Source: a virus
Direction: 5' to 3' (one strand)
DNA length: 32,000 bases
IMG/VR virus record: IMGVR_UViG_3300036768_001582
Span: 30,087-62,086 of that record
The notes below the pieces were generated by a model. That model worked only from the letters and a program-made list of their open reading frames with translations. It ran no database searches and had not been told where the DNA came from. Made by a program: the position numbers and the translations under genes. Position 1 is the stretch's first letter. Each line of letters begins with the position of its first letter. Shown one piece after another: positions 16,851 to 25,446 of the stretch.

Positions 16851-16913
16851 ACCCCAACGGGGTCGGATTCCTTGAGGAATCCGGCGCGAAAAAGCTCAGC
16901 CCAGTACCGGGCT
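16851..16913 (-). terminator. Cluster of three hairpins ending the tail/fibre operon; one is followed by a T-run
   Basis: The minus strand reads AGCCC-GGTACT-GGGCT, then GAGCTTTTT (16889-16913). Next comes the 8-bp stem CGGATTCC-TCAA-GGAATCCG (16864-16883), then ACCCC-GTT-GGGGT (16851-16863). All lie between the stop at 16912 and promoter P3. Confidence 0.4.
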
Positions 16914-17142
16914 AGCGGGGCCGTACCGTCTCCGCCAGCTCCGGCGGCAGCCGGTCGTACCGCCAGAGCGTCGCGGTCGCGACGAAGCCGGAGCCGTCGT
17001 GCTCCGCGCGCGCCTGGATGACGAGCACGGTGTCCGGGTCCGCGTCGGGGACCGTCGCGGCGAGGTCGGCGAGCAGCGCGGAGAGCGCCTCGGGTGCCGT
17101 CGCTCCGCGTGCGACGTGGACGGTGGAGTACCGGCGCGGCAC
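16912..17142 (-). CDS. Hypothetical 76-aa protein
   Basis: GTG at 17142 in a TAGTG overlap. GC-rich third positions. The ORF-track upstream extension is Arg-rich and looks non-coding. Confidence 0.5.
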   Translation of the reverse strand: MPRRYSTVHVARGATAPEALSALLADLAATVPDADPDTVLVIQARAEHDGSGFVATATLWRYDRLPPELAETVRPR

Positions 17143-17540
17143 TATCGGCCCCCGAGCATCGGCGCGACCGCGGGGAGCCCGCCGACCTGGAGCGCGACGA
17201 GCATCGCGGCCGCCCACGCCGGGTCGTCGAGCCCCCGCTGGATGACGCGCTCCGCGCGCTCCACGAGCGCGTCGGCGAGCGCGGTCGCCACGGGGTCGCT
17301 CGGGCCGTACGGGCGTACGTTCGCGTGTAGGACGGTGGCGCCGACGAATTCGAGCAGCCAGCGCGGCGCGAGGTACGCGCCAGAGAAGCCGTGGGCCTCC
17401 GTCGCGGGGTCGGGGTGGAAGCCGAACACGCGCAGCTCGTGCGCCGCCGCGCTCGTGATGACCACGATGTCGCTCGCGAGCCCGCGGCCTCCGTCGGCCA
17501 GAACCCAATCCGACGGACGGAAGATAGGTGGGGCGTCCAC
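17142..17540 (-). CDS. Hypothetical 132-aa protein
   Basis: GTG at 17540, 7 nt after the upstream stop. Strongly GC-rich third positions. Confidence 0.6.
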   Translation of the reverse strand: MDAPPIFRPSDWVLADGGRGLASDIVVITSAAAHELRVFGFHPDPATEAHGFSGAYLAPRWLLEFVGATVLHANVRPYGPSDPVATALADALVERAERVIQRGLDDPAWAAAMLVALQVGGLPAVAPMLGGR

Positions 17541-17547
17541 GGTACAC

Positions 17548-17880
17548 CTACGGGCCGAGGTCGGCGGTGACCTCGACGGTGTTGTACCCCTCGCCGGGGA
17601 AGGTCTGGGGCTTGCCGTCCCCCCACGTCACTTCCCACTCCACGTCGTACTTGCCGGGGGTGTTCGTGTCGCCGACGGCCCACTGGTACTCCACGAGGCC
17701 GGTCTCGGCGTCGACCACGATGGCCGCCGCGCTGACCTTGAGCTTCCCCGTCTTGCACTCGCGCATGAGAAAGCGCACGCCGGTCGCGAACGCGAGGTTG
17801 GCCGCGCTCCCGTCGTCGTAGCCGAGCGACATGCGGATGTACGGCCGCCGGTCGTTGCGCTTGATGGAGAAGTCGGCCAT
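17548..17880 (-). CDS. 110-aa Ig-like protein resembling the BppU N-terminal (baseplate upper protein) domain
   Basis: The pattern KRNDRRPYIRMSL..DGSAANL..ATGVRFLMRE..G.LKV.AAAIVVDAETGLVEYQW..GDTNTPGKYDVEWEVTWGDGKPQTFP fits the BppU_N-type Ig domain as I remember it. It lies directly downstream of the fibre gene. Confidence 0.55.
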   Translation of the reverse strand: MADFSIKRNDRRPYIRMSLGYDDGSAANLAFATGVRFLMRECKTGKLKVSAAAIVVDAETGLVEYQWAVGDTNTPGKYDVEWEVTWGDGKPQTFPGEGYNTVEVTADLGP

Positions 17881-17892
17881 GGGCCGATGGTA

Positions 17893-20800
17893 TCACGCCT
17901 TGGGCTTCGCGCGTCCCTTCGGAGTCGGAGCCGTCGTCGCCTTCGCCGTCGGGCCGAGGACGCTGCTCGCGCGCGCCTTCGACGCGGCTTCGAGGACGGA
18001 CGCGAGCGCCACCGCGCCGAGGACGACGCGAGCGCGCGCCTTGGGCTGGACGAAGATGCGCGCCACGCCCGGCTTCGGAGGCGGCGGCTCAGTGAAGTAG
18101 AACGCCGCACCGTCGATGACGAGCGACGAGAGCGCGAGCTGCGCGGAGCCGGTGAAGCGCTGCTGGGCGAACGCGAGGCCGGCGAACGGGCTGAGGGCGA
18201 GCGTCGCGGTGCCCGTGACCGGCGGCGGGACGTACACGCCCGAGCCGGAGACGTCGAGCGGCGACAGCGCCAGGATGGCCGTGCCGGTGACCGCGCTTCC
18301 TCCGACACCCGCCGGCGAGAGCGACGAGAGCGACAACGCCGCCGCGCCCGAGAACGTCTCCGCGCCCGCCGCGGTGCTCGCGAGCGGCTGGAGCGCAAGC
18401 GAGGCCGTGCCCGTGACCGGGTTGAGCGCGTTGCCGCTCGCCTCGCCGGCGAGGGACTGGAGCGCAAGGGTCGCGGAGCCCGTGAAGCGCTGCTCTGCGG
18501 CCGCCGTGGAATTGAGGGGCGCGAGGGCCAAGTTGGCCGCGCCAGAGAAGGTTTCTTCTCCCGCAGCCGTCGCCGCGAGCGGCGAGAGCGCGAGCGAGCC
18601 GGTGCCCGTGAAGAAGACGCCCTGACCGCCGGCGCCTTCGGCGGAGAGCGGCGAGAGCGCCAGGGTGGCTGCTCCGGTGAACGTCTCGGCGCCCGTGGCG
18701 CTCGCGTCGAGCGGCCGGAGGTCGAGCGCAGCGGCCCCGGCGAAGGTCTCGGCACCCGCACCGGACGACGAGAGCGCCTGGAGCGCCAACGTCGCGGTGC
18801 CGGACACGCCCCACGCCCCGACCGCGTCGAGGCCGAGGGACTTGAGGTCCAGGGTCGCGGTGCCGGTCACCGGATTGGCCACGTTGCCGCTCGCGTCCCC
18901 GAGCAGCGGCGCCAGCGCGAGCGACGCCGTGCCGGTGAACGTCTCCGCGCCGGTGCCCTGGGACGAGAGCGGCGAGAGCGCGAGCGACGCCGTTCCCGTG
19001 AACGTCTCGATGGCGACCGCGCTCGCGGACAGCGGCGAGCACGTGAGCGACGCGGTCCCGGTGACCGGGTTGGCGACGACGCCGGAGCCCGTCGACGCGA
19101 GCGGTTGGAGGTCGAGCGAGCACGTACCCGAGAACGTCTCCGCGCCCGTCGCGGCGGCAGACAGCGACGACGCGGCGAGCGTCGCGGAGCCGGAGAAGGT
19201 CTCGATGCCGCTCGCGGACGACGAGAGCGGCGAGCACGCGAGCGTGGCCGTTCCCGTCACCGGGTTGGCCACGTTGCCGCTCGCGCTGCTCGCGAGCGGA
19301 GAGGCGGCGAGCGTCGCGGAGCCGGAGAAGGTCTCGGCGCCCGAGCCCGTCCCCGACAAGGACGAGAGGGCCAGCGCACACGTGCCGGTGAAGGTTTCGA
19401 GCGCGGTCCCCGAGGACGAGAGCGGCGAGAGGGCGAGCGAGCACGTCCCGGTCACCGGGGGCGGCGTGTTCACGCCGGAGGCCGACGACGAGAACGGCTG
19501 GAGCGCGTGGGTGGCCGAGCCCGAGAACGTCTCCGCGCCGGTCGCGGAGCTGCTGAGCGGGGAGAGCGCGCACGTCCCCGTACCCGTGAAGCGGAGCTGC
19601 CCGGAGCCCGACGACGAGAGCGACGAGAGCGAGAGCGAGCACGTCCCGGAGAACGTCTCGCTGCCGGTCGCGGAGCTGCTGAGCGGCGAGGCGGCGAGCG
19701 TCGCGGTGCCCGTGAACGTCTCGGCCCCGCTGGCCGCGCCGCTGAGGGGCTGGAGCGCGCACGTCGCGGTCCCGGTGAACGTCTCGACCCCGTTCGCCGA
19801 CGACGAGAGTGACGAGAGCGTGTGCGTGGCGGTGCCGATGAAGCGGACCTGGCCGCTCGCGGAGAGCGAGAGCGGCGAGAGCGCGAGCGAGCCAGTGCCC
19901 GTGATGTTGACCGCGGCGGCCGTGACGAATTCCGCCATGGCCCAGCGGTCCACGTCGCGGATGCGCGCGTCCTCCCAGCCCGTCGTGGCGGCCACCATCC
20001 AGAGCGCTACGCCGCCCTGCATGTAGTCCGCGCCGCCCGCGCCGTAGCCGAAAAAGATGTACTGGCCGCCGGCGTTGGGGTTCCCGTCGAGGTTCGCCGC
20101 CGACTGCTGGAGCGTCGTGAGGTCCCCGTCCTTGTGCAGCTTGTGGCGGCCGCGGTCCTGGCGCTGCGTCGTGAGGTGCCACTCGCTGAAGCCGGTGTTG
20201 ACGAAGAGCGCGCGCCCGTCCGCGCCGCCGGCGTCGAAGAACGCGGAGGCGTGCTTCGGGACGCCGCTCTGCTGGACCGCGTTCAAGCCGAGCCAATAGG
20301 CGCTCGTGGACCAGACGCCCTTCGCGTCGTAGCCGAGGGTGGAGCCGACCGTCCACGTGTCGAGCCGCGACACCGTCCAGACGATGGTTCCTTCCACCGA
20401 GCCGGAGCCGTCGGGGGCCAGCGCCTTCTCCGCGTCGGCGATGCCGAGCGAGGGCGCGCCGCAGTTCACGCCCACGCGCGCCTGGACGTCGCGGAGCTGC
20501 TCGTCAGCGCGCTCGTCTTCGAGGACGCCCGCGTAGTATTCGTGGGCGTAGATGTACCCCTCGAACATCGCGCTGAGCGCGTAATTGCCGAAGAGACGCG
20601 GCACGCCGGTCGTGACCTGGACGCCGCCGAAGGCCGCCGACGACCACGCGCTCATCGTTCCACTCGCCGCGTCCCCGACGCGCAGCTCCATCGTCCCCGC
20701 CGTCCCGTCCCATCGAATCTGGATGAGCAGGTAGTTGTTCACGATGACGGACGACGGCGGCATCACCGTGACCATCTGCCAGCCGTCGTTGGGGCCTCCA

Positions 20801-21576
20801 CCGAGGTCGCGGCCCACGCCGTCGTACGCGCCGAACGTCACGCCCGCGTCGTGGACGTGGACGCCGACGTACCCGAGCCCGTCGGAGAAGACGGCTGGAT
20901 TGGAGTAGGGCGACTGCGCCGTGTTCGTGCCGAGCACCGCGGGGAGCGCCGCGAGCGGGTAGACGAGGAACGTGGCGGTGCCGGCCACGCCCGTGGTCTG
21001 CATGAGGTCATCGACGGTGATGCCCGCCGCGTCCAGGTAGTCGTCCACGCCGTCGCCGCGCGGAGCGCCGCCGACGTCGGTGGGCTGGTTGCCCGCGGTG
21101 CCCTGGGTGAAGTCCCACCCCGGCGTCGTGTTCGTTGCCGGCCACGTCGCGATGCCACCCCCGATGGCGTACGCACCCGCGTTGTAGACCTCGGTGATGG
21201 CCGCGGAGATGCCGGAGCGCATCCGGTGCGAGCCGCCGAAGTAGACGTAGGACGAGCCCGCCGGCGTCGTGTCGCCGCCCATCGTCGGGCACGCGACCTC
21301 GGAGACGAAACCGCGGAACGTCCAGCGCAGCGGCACGGCGTCCCCGTACGGCTTCCACGGCGAGATGACCGAGGACTCCCACTTTCGGACGGTGCCCCCG
21401 TTGATGGTGATGCGGGCGCTGTCGTTCGCGTCGAGGATGGCCGCGAAGCCCATCCCAGCGCTCTTGATGGGGTACAGCGACGGGTCGTCCTCCCATGCCG
21501 GACGCTCGACGGGCGCGTGGCCGAATTCGCGCTCCCCGTTGTCCCAGCCCAGGTTCCCCGCGTCGATGCCGAACAT
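17893..21576 (-). CDS. Tail fibre or receptor-binding protein, 1227 aa: N-terminal region, two LamG (Laminin_G_3)-like domains, about 28 tandem 21-residue repeats and a basic C-terminal tail
   Basis: SD GAGGAG 9 nt before the ATG at 21576. LamG hallmarks: PRGDGVDDYLDAAG..., LLIQIRWDGTAGTMELRVGD, FEGYIYAHEYYAGVLEDERADEQL, and a second GGADYMQGGVALWMVAATTGWEDARI. The repeats were read directly from the translation. Confidence 0.85.
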   Translation of the reverse strand: MFGIDAGNLGWDNGEREFGHAPVERPAWEDDPSLYPIKSAGMGFAAILDANDSARITINGGTVRKWESSVISPWKPYGDAVPLRWTFRGFVSEVACPTMGGDTTPAGSSYVYFGGSHRMRSGISAAITEVYNAGAYAIGGGIATWPATNTTPGWDFTQGTAGNQPTDVGGAPRGDGVDDYLDAAGITVDDLMQTTGVAGTATFLVYPLAALPAVLGTNTAQSPYSNPAVFSDGLGYVGVHVHDAGVTFGAYDGVGRDLGGGPNDGWQMVTVMPPSSVIVNNYLLIQIRWDGTAGTMELRVGDAASGTMSAWSSAAFGGVQVTTGVPRLFGNYALSAMFEGYIYAHEYYAGVLEDERADEQLRDVQARVGVNCGAPSLGIADAEKALAPDGSGSVEGTIVWTVSRLDTWTVGSTLGYDAKGVWSTSAYWLGLNAVQQSGVPKHASAFFDAGGADGRALFVNTGFSEWHLTTQRQDRGRHKLHKDGDLTTLQQSAANLDGNPNAGGQYIFFGYGAGGADYMQGGVALWMVAATTGWEDARIRDVDRWAMAEFVTAAAVNITGTGSLALSPLSLSASGQVRFIGTATHTLSSLSSSANGVETFTGTATCALQPLSGAASGAETFTGTATLAASPLSSSATGSETFSGTCSLSLSSLSSSGSGQLRFTGTGTCALSPLSSSATGAETFSGSATHALQPFSSSASGVNTPPPVTGTCSLALSPLSSSGTALETFTGTCALALSSLSGTGSGAETFSGSATLAASPLASSASGNVANPVTGTATLACSPLSSSASGIETFSGSATLAASSLSAAATGAETFSGTCSLDLQPLASTGSGVVANPVTGTASLTCSPLSASAVAIETFTGTASLALSPLSSQGTGAETFTGTASLALAPLLGDASGNVANPVTGTATLDLKSLGLDAVGAWGVSGTATLALQALSSSGAGAETFAGAAALDLRPLDASATGAETFTGAATLALSPLSAEGAGGQGVFFTGTGSLALSPLAATAAGEETFSGAANLALAPLNSTAAAEQRFTGSATLALQSLAGEASGNALNPVTGTASLALQPLASTAAGAETFSGAAALSLSSLSPAGVGGSAVTGTAILALSPLDVSGSGVYVPPPVTGTATLALSPFAGLAFAQQRFTGSAQLALSSLVIDGAAFYFTEPPPPKPGVARIFVQPKARARVVLGAVALASVLEAASKARASSVLGPTAKATTAPTPKGRAKPKA
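18094..19905 (-). repeat. About 28 in-frame tandem repeats of a 63-nt (21-aa) unit; consensus approximately TGTATLALSPLSSSASGAETF
   Basis: Residues about 558-1161 of the fibre. Most units are 21 aa. Seven are 23-24 aa, six of which replace ETF with xxNPV or PPPV. Copies have diverged, with scattered Cys substitutions. Confidence 0.85.
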
Positions 21577-21582
21577 GGGCCG

Positions 21583-22440
21583 CTACTCCTCGCCTTGCGT
21601 GACCTCGCCGTGCATGATGCCCGTGCTCGTCGCCGTCGTCATGATGGTGAAGAACAGGCAAGCGCCCGCCACAACCTTCGGGAAGATATAGCCCATCCCC
21701 TCGCCCTCTTCCTCGGTGTTCGCCGGGCCAAGCGAGTGGACGGGGATGGTCACGAGCGGCTTGAAGACGGTGACGCCGTAGTCGCCAGCGCTCGCCATCG
21801 CGGTCACGCGGTTGATGCTCTCGACGGAGCGCACGCCGCGCGCCGTCGTCGTGTTCGCCGCGAGCGGGAGCAGAATGAGACGCCCGACCTCGGTGAAGCC
21901 GGTCCCGCCGATGACGACGCCGCCCGCGGGGCCGGCCTGCGCCGTCGTCCCTTCGGAGTCGGTGTAGCTGTTGAGGTTCACGGTCCCCGCGGTCGCGCCG
22001 AGGGCCGTGTAAATCTCGACGGCGGCGAGGATGCCGCGGCTCTCCGCGCCAGCGGCGTACCGCGACGGCGCGACGGTGTTCGTCGTGATGACGCCGGTGG
22101 TGAGGCCCGAGAGCGAGCTGATGCCGCTGATGCGGTCGCAGACCTGCACCATCCCCGCGCCCGGCGTGGTGGCGAACTGGACCGCGAGCTTCACGATGCG
22201 CGCGACGCCCGTGCTGTCGCGCATCTGGTTGCCGTTGAGGTCCTGGAGCGCGCCCGCCGTCGCCGACGTGTATGCGATGGCCGTCGCGCCAGGGAGGCCG
22301 CCCTGCGCGGGGTCGCCGGCGGTCCGCCAGGACGAGTAGAGGCGCCCCGCCACCGTCGTCAGCGACGCCTTGGAGAAGGGGTTACGCTGCCACGCGGAGT
22401 CGCGCGCGTCCTTGTACGCCGCGTAGGAGACGAACGGCAC
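21583..22440 (-). CDS. 285-aa virion/tail-associated protein, paralogue B
   Basis: GTG at 22440 with SD GGGAG 6 nt upstream. Clear similarity to the 22695-23552 product (VAGR..S.W...G.P, ATAGAL, E.YT..GAT..T..L.SYTD..G.TAQ.GP..V.G.TGF.E..RLI.LP, ACLF). No family name recognised. Confidence 0.75.
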   Translation of the reverse strand: MPFVSYAAYKDARDSAWQRNPFSKASLTTVAGRLYSSWRTAGDPAQGGLPGATAIAYTSATAGALQDLNGNQMRDSTGVARIVKLAVQFATTPGAGMVQVCDRISGISSLSGLTTGVITTNTVAPSRYAAGAESRGILAAVEIYTALGATAGTVNLNSYTDSEGTTAQAGPAGGVVIGGTGFTEVGRLILLPLAANTTTARGVRSVESINRVTAMASAGDYGVTVFKPLVTIPVHSLGPANTEEEGEGMGYIFPKVVAGACLFFTIMTTATSTGIMHGEVTQGEE

Positions 22441-22443
22441 GGG

Positions 22444-22692
22444 TCACTCCCACTCCGGTGGCACGATGCCCGTCCACCCGACGACGCCCGGAGCGATGAG
22501 CACGGCGAAGCCGGAGGAGACGAGCGCGGTCACGACCTCCAGCGCGTCTGCCTCACTCACGCCGCGCCACGACGACTGGCCGGTGTCCTTCGGGACCGCG
22601 GCGAGCAGGGACGGGAGGTCGGAGATGTTCGCCGCTCCGCCGTCGCGGAGGACTTCGAGGACGCCCAGCTCCAGGTCCGTCAGCGCCGCCAT
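22444..22692 (-). CDS. Hypothetical 82-aa protein between the two paralogues
   Basis: ATG at 22692 with SD GGAG 8 nt upstream. A GTG at 22698 in a GTGA overlap is an alternative start. Confidence 0.55.
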   Translation of the reverse strand: MAALTDLELGVLEVLRDGGAANISDLPSLLAAVPKDTGQSSWRGVSEADALEVVTALVSSGFAVLIAPGVVGWTGIVPPEWE

Positions 22693-22694
22693 CG

Positions 22695-23552
22695 TCACTT
22701 CTCCACGAAGAGCGCCTGGCCGTAGACCTCGGGCGCGGTGGTCGTGTTCGGGTACAGCATCATGAACAGGCACGCGTCGCTGTTCGTGCCGAGGTCGACG
22801 GGGCCACCGGCCTTCAACATGCAATTCCACTGCTCTCCGGCCCCGATGGTCGAAAGCGGCAGCGTCGCGATGCGCTTGAACATCGTCGGCCCGAACGCGC
22901 CCGCGGTGCCCGTCGTCGCGGTGACCTGGACGGAGGCGATGGCGCGGAGCCCCTTGTCCCCGGAGAGTACCGGGAGCGGGATGAGCCGCTGCGCCTCTCG
23001 GAAGCCGGTGTTCCCGAAGACGACGAGCGGGCCGACCTGCGCCGTGTTGCCGGCGTCGTCGGTGTACGAGGACAGCTTGATGGTCGTCGTCGTCGCGCCA
23101 ATCTGGGTGTACACCTCGGCGGCCGCCTCGACGCCCTTGCCGTCGCTCGGGGCGCGCGAGGGAAGCGCCGGCGTGTTCACCGTCTGCGCGGTGATGACCG
23201 TTCCCGACAGGTTGCCCTGCTGGTTGTAGCGGTCGGCGATGACGTACGTGCCGACGACGAGCGACGAGAGCGTGAAGCTCACGAGCCGCTTCTTGGCGCC
23301 GCTCGCGGGAGCGGCTTGGGCGAGCGCGCCCGCCGTCGCGTTCGTGACCGCGGCGCTCGCTCCGGGAGCGGCCGAGGCGGCCGCGCCGGGGCTGCCGTCG
23401 TACTGCCAGAGCGAGACCCAGCGCCCCGCCACGAGCGTACCCGGAGCCGCGCCCGCGACGCGTGCCGACTTGTAGAAGTTCAGCACCTCCGCCGTAGACG
23501 ACGTCGCGAGGTTGATGAGGTTGGAGTAGTCGGTAATCGCCTCACCGGCCAT
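22695..23552 (-). CDS. 285-aa virion/tail-associated protein, paralogue A
   Basis: ATG at 23552. Same length and conserved blocks as the 21583-22440 product. Confidence 0.75.
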   Translation of the reverse strand: MAGEAITDYSNLINLATSSTAEVLNFYKSARVAGAAPGTLVAGRWVSLWQYDGSPGAAASAAPGASAAVTNATAGALAQAAPASGAKKRLVSFTLSSLVVGTYVIADRYNQQGNLSGTVITAQTVNTPALPSRAPSDGKGVEAAAEVYTQIGATTTTIKLSSYTDDAGNTAQVGPLVVFGNTGFREAQRLIPLPVLSGDKGLRAIASVQVTATTGTAGAFGPTMFKRIATLPLSTIGAGEQWNCMLKAGGPVDLGTNSDACLFMMLYPNTTTAPEVYGQALFVEK

Positions 23553-24039
23553 GGCCCAACCTCATCGTGCGGTCGGCCTCGGCCGTCTCGCGCATGCACT
23601 TCACGACGGCGAACGGGTTGAGCACCCAGCGGTCCCGAAGCGTGACGACGCCGACGATGACCGCGCCGGCCAAGCAGCTCTGGTGCGCGTCGGGCCAGAG
23701 GGCGCGGAGCAGGACGTCGAGCGCCTCGCGCAGCTCCCCGACGCAGAACGGAAAGCCGACGTTGAACCGCGGCATGTTCTCGCGCTCCCACGCGGCCAGC
23801 TCTTGGACGCGCTCGCGGTCCTCCTTCGGGAGGTGCGCGAGGTCGATGAGGTGCTCCTTGATGTGAGGGTTCATCGAGAGCGCGAGCGAGATGGCCTTCA
23901 CGGCCTCGTCGGGACGAGCGCCGCGCGGCGGGCATTCGAGGGCCGAGCGGATAAGGAGGTCGGCCTCCGCATCCGTCGCGCCGCTCTTCTTCAGGAGCGG
24001 CCTCGCGCACTCGATGGCGTGCTTGGTCGCGGCGTTCAT
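23542..24039 (-). CDS. Hypothetical 165-aa protein
   Basis: ATG at 24039. Typical codon bias. Overlaps the downstream gene by 11 nt. Confidence 0.6.
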   Translation of the reverse strand: MNAATKHAIECARPLLKKSGATDAEADLLIRSALECPPRGARPDEAVKAISLALSMNPHIKEHLIDLAHLPKEDRERVQELAAWERENMPRFNVGFPFCVGELREALDVLLRALWPDAHQSCLAGAVIVGVVTLRDRWVLNPFAVVKCMRETAEADRTMRLGHGR

Positions 24040-24055
24040 GCTCGTCGCCGCGCGT

Positions 24056-24268
24056 TCAGCCGTCCGCGCCGGCGTCCTTCGGCTTCGCTTGGGGGTAGTC
24101 GCCGCACACGCCCGGCGGGCACGGGCACGTGTTCGGCTCCTTGATGGGGTCGCAATCGCGGTAGCAGCCCGACGAGAGCAGCGCGTTGACGATGACCGCG
24201 AGCCCCGCGAGGACGAGCAGGATGCCGAGCCCCGTGGCGGCTTCGCGCGGCGTCCGCACGCAGCTCAC
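24056..24268 (-). CDS. 70-aa bitopic membrane protein with a Cys-rich C-terminal tail
   Basis: GTG at 24268 in a GTGA overlap, with GGAGGG upstream. Hydrophobic segment ATGLGILLVLAGLAVIVNALL, then GCYRDCDPIKEPNTCPCPPGVCGDY (6 Cys). LSSGC is only an imperfect lipobox. Confidence 0.6.
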   Translation of the reverse strand: MSCVRTPREAATGLGILLVLAGLAVIVNALLSSGCYRDCDPIKEPNTCPCPPGVCGDYPQAKPKDAGADG

Positions 24269-24603
24269 GCGCCCTCCGGCGGCGTCACGGTGCCCGTGCC
24301 GCTGACCGTGAGCTTCGGGAGCGCGGCGGCGTTGTCCCCGCCCAGGCCGTTCTCCGCCGGCGCGGGAGGCGGGGGCGCGTCCTCGAAGTCGGAGACCTCG
24401 AAGCCGTCGGGGATGTCGATGGTCGCCTCCTGGACCTTCGCCCACCACGGCTCGTTGGTCTTCTTGAAGACGGGGCCGTGGAGCTTCGCCTGCTCCGCGA
24501 GGACCTTCTCCAGGTCAAGCGCGGTCGGCGGCGAAGCGTAGACCTTGTCCATGAGGACACCGCCGGCCTGGTGACGGATGATGTAGACCTTCTTGAGCGC
24601 CAT
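24265..24603 (-). CDS. Hypothetical 112-aa protein
   Basis: Start re-placed at ATG 24603 (MALKKVYIIRHQ), with GGAG 10 nt upstream. The ORF-track extension overlaps the upstream gene out of frame. Confidence 0.6.
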   Translation of the reverse strand: MALKKVYIIRHQAGGVLMDKVYASPPTALDLEKVLAEQAKLHGPVFKKTNEPWWAKVQEATIDIPDGFEVSDFEDAPPPPAPAENGLGGDNAAALPKLTVSGTGTVTPPEGA

Positions 24604-24620
24604 GGGTGCGATGCTCCGGT

Positions 24621-25022
24621 TCAGGCCGCCATCGAGACGGAGAGCGACGTCACCGAGACGTTCGCGCCCGCGCTGATGGCGACGGAGTTGAGGATGAGGT
24701 TCGAGGTCGCGGTGCCCACCGAGCCGTCGATGACGCGGACGTTGCCGGACGTGAGGAGCGAGAACCACGTGGCCGTCCCCGTCGCGTCGGCGGAGGAGTC
24801 GGCGGTGATGGCGTTCGCCGTCTTGGACCCGCCCGAGGCCGCCGCGAAGGCGGTGGCGCTCAGCGCCAGCTCCGCGAGCATGACCTGAGAGCTGATGGCC
24901 GTGTCCGCATCCGTCGGCTGGGTGCCGTCGTAGATGCGCAGCTTGCCGCCGTTGAGCACGTCGAGAGCCGCGTCCAGCGCTGCATTGCGCGAGGCCACGC
25001 GAGTCTTGGAGTTGAGAGCCAT
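24621..25022 (-). CDS. 133-aa Ala/Ser/Thr-rich protein, likely virion-associated (first gene of the tail/fibre block)
   Basis: ATG at 25022 with SD GGAGG about 8 nt upstream. Composition and position suggest a structural role. No family recognised. Confidence 0.6.
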   Translation of the reverse strand: MALNSKTRVASRNAALDAALDVLNGGKLRIYDGTQPTDADTAISSQVMLAELALSATAFAAASGGSKTANAITADSSADATGTATWFSLLTSGNVRVIDGSVGTATSNLILNSVAISAGANVSVTSLSVSMAA

Positions 25023-25063
25023 TCGAGAGACCTCCGGGGAGCGCGAGCGCGCGCACCGCTAGG

Positions 25064-25270
25064 CTACACCATCTTCTGGTCGAAGAACAGCATATCCGGA
25101 GAGCGACACGCGTAGCAGGCAAGGCCATATCGGACGTGTGCGAACACGACGTCCTCGGGCAGCGCCCAGACCTGCACCGCGTCGCACGCGGAGCAGCGGA
25201 GCCGGACCTCGACGAGGCCGCTGAACTGGACGCGCGGCTCCGACGGCGGGAGCGTGTCGCGGTCGCTCAC
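25064..25270 (-). CDS. 68-aa protein with two Cys pairs (zinc-ribbon-like)
   Basis: GTG at 25270 in a GTGA overlap. Motif CSAC...CYAC. No clear SD. Confidence 0.45.
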   Translation of the reverse strand: MSDRDTLPPSEPRVQFSGLVEVRLRCSACDAVQVWALPEDVVFAHVRYGLACYACRSPDMLFFDQKMV

Positions 25271-25401
25271 GGCCAGAGGTCCCGCCGCCAGCGCCCCGAG
25301 CGGACCCAGTCCACGAACGCGCGGACGAGCACCAGCGCGACGTACGCGAGCAGGATGAGCGCCACCGCGCCGAAGACGGCGAGCCCGATGACGCAGAGCA
25401 T
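25267..25401 (-). CDS. Small single-pass membrane protein, 44 aa (51 aa if it starts at GTG 25421)
   Basis: MLCVIGLAVFGAVALILLAYVALVLV followed by the basic tail RAFVDWVRSGRWRRDLWP. It lies immediately downstream of the tRNA. Confidence 0.45.
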   Translation of the reverse strand: MLCVIGLAVFGAVALILLAYVALVLVRAFVDWVRSGRWRRDLWP

Positions 25402-25446
25402 CGCGAACTGGTCCGGCTCCACGACCGGGACTGTACCAGACGAGAG

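Noticed and set aside
18094-19905. A regular 63-nt periodicity that could be mistaken for a CRISPR array or a non-coding satellite.
   Set aside because: The units are contiguous with no spacers. They are in frame within a 3.7-kb ORF with normal codon bias, and they diverge at the DNA level while conserving the peptide pattern. They are coding repeats.
17628-20356. Alternative-frame minus-strand ORFs inside the fibre gene (17628-18761 at 377 aa, 18089-20356 at 755 aa).
   Set aside because: They are Arg/Pro/Ser-rich out-of-frame readings of the repeat region. The 1227-aa frame has an SD, LamG motifs and coherent repeats.
17893-23552. A diversity-generating retroelement targeting the LamG fibre or the 285-aa paralogues.
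   Set aside because: No reverse transcriptase gene is present. I could find no near-identical template/variable repeat pair with adenine-specific differences. The paralogues diverge along their whole length.
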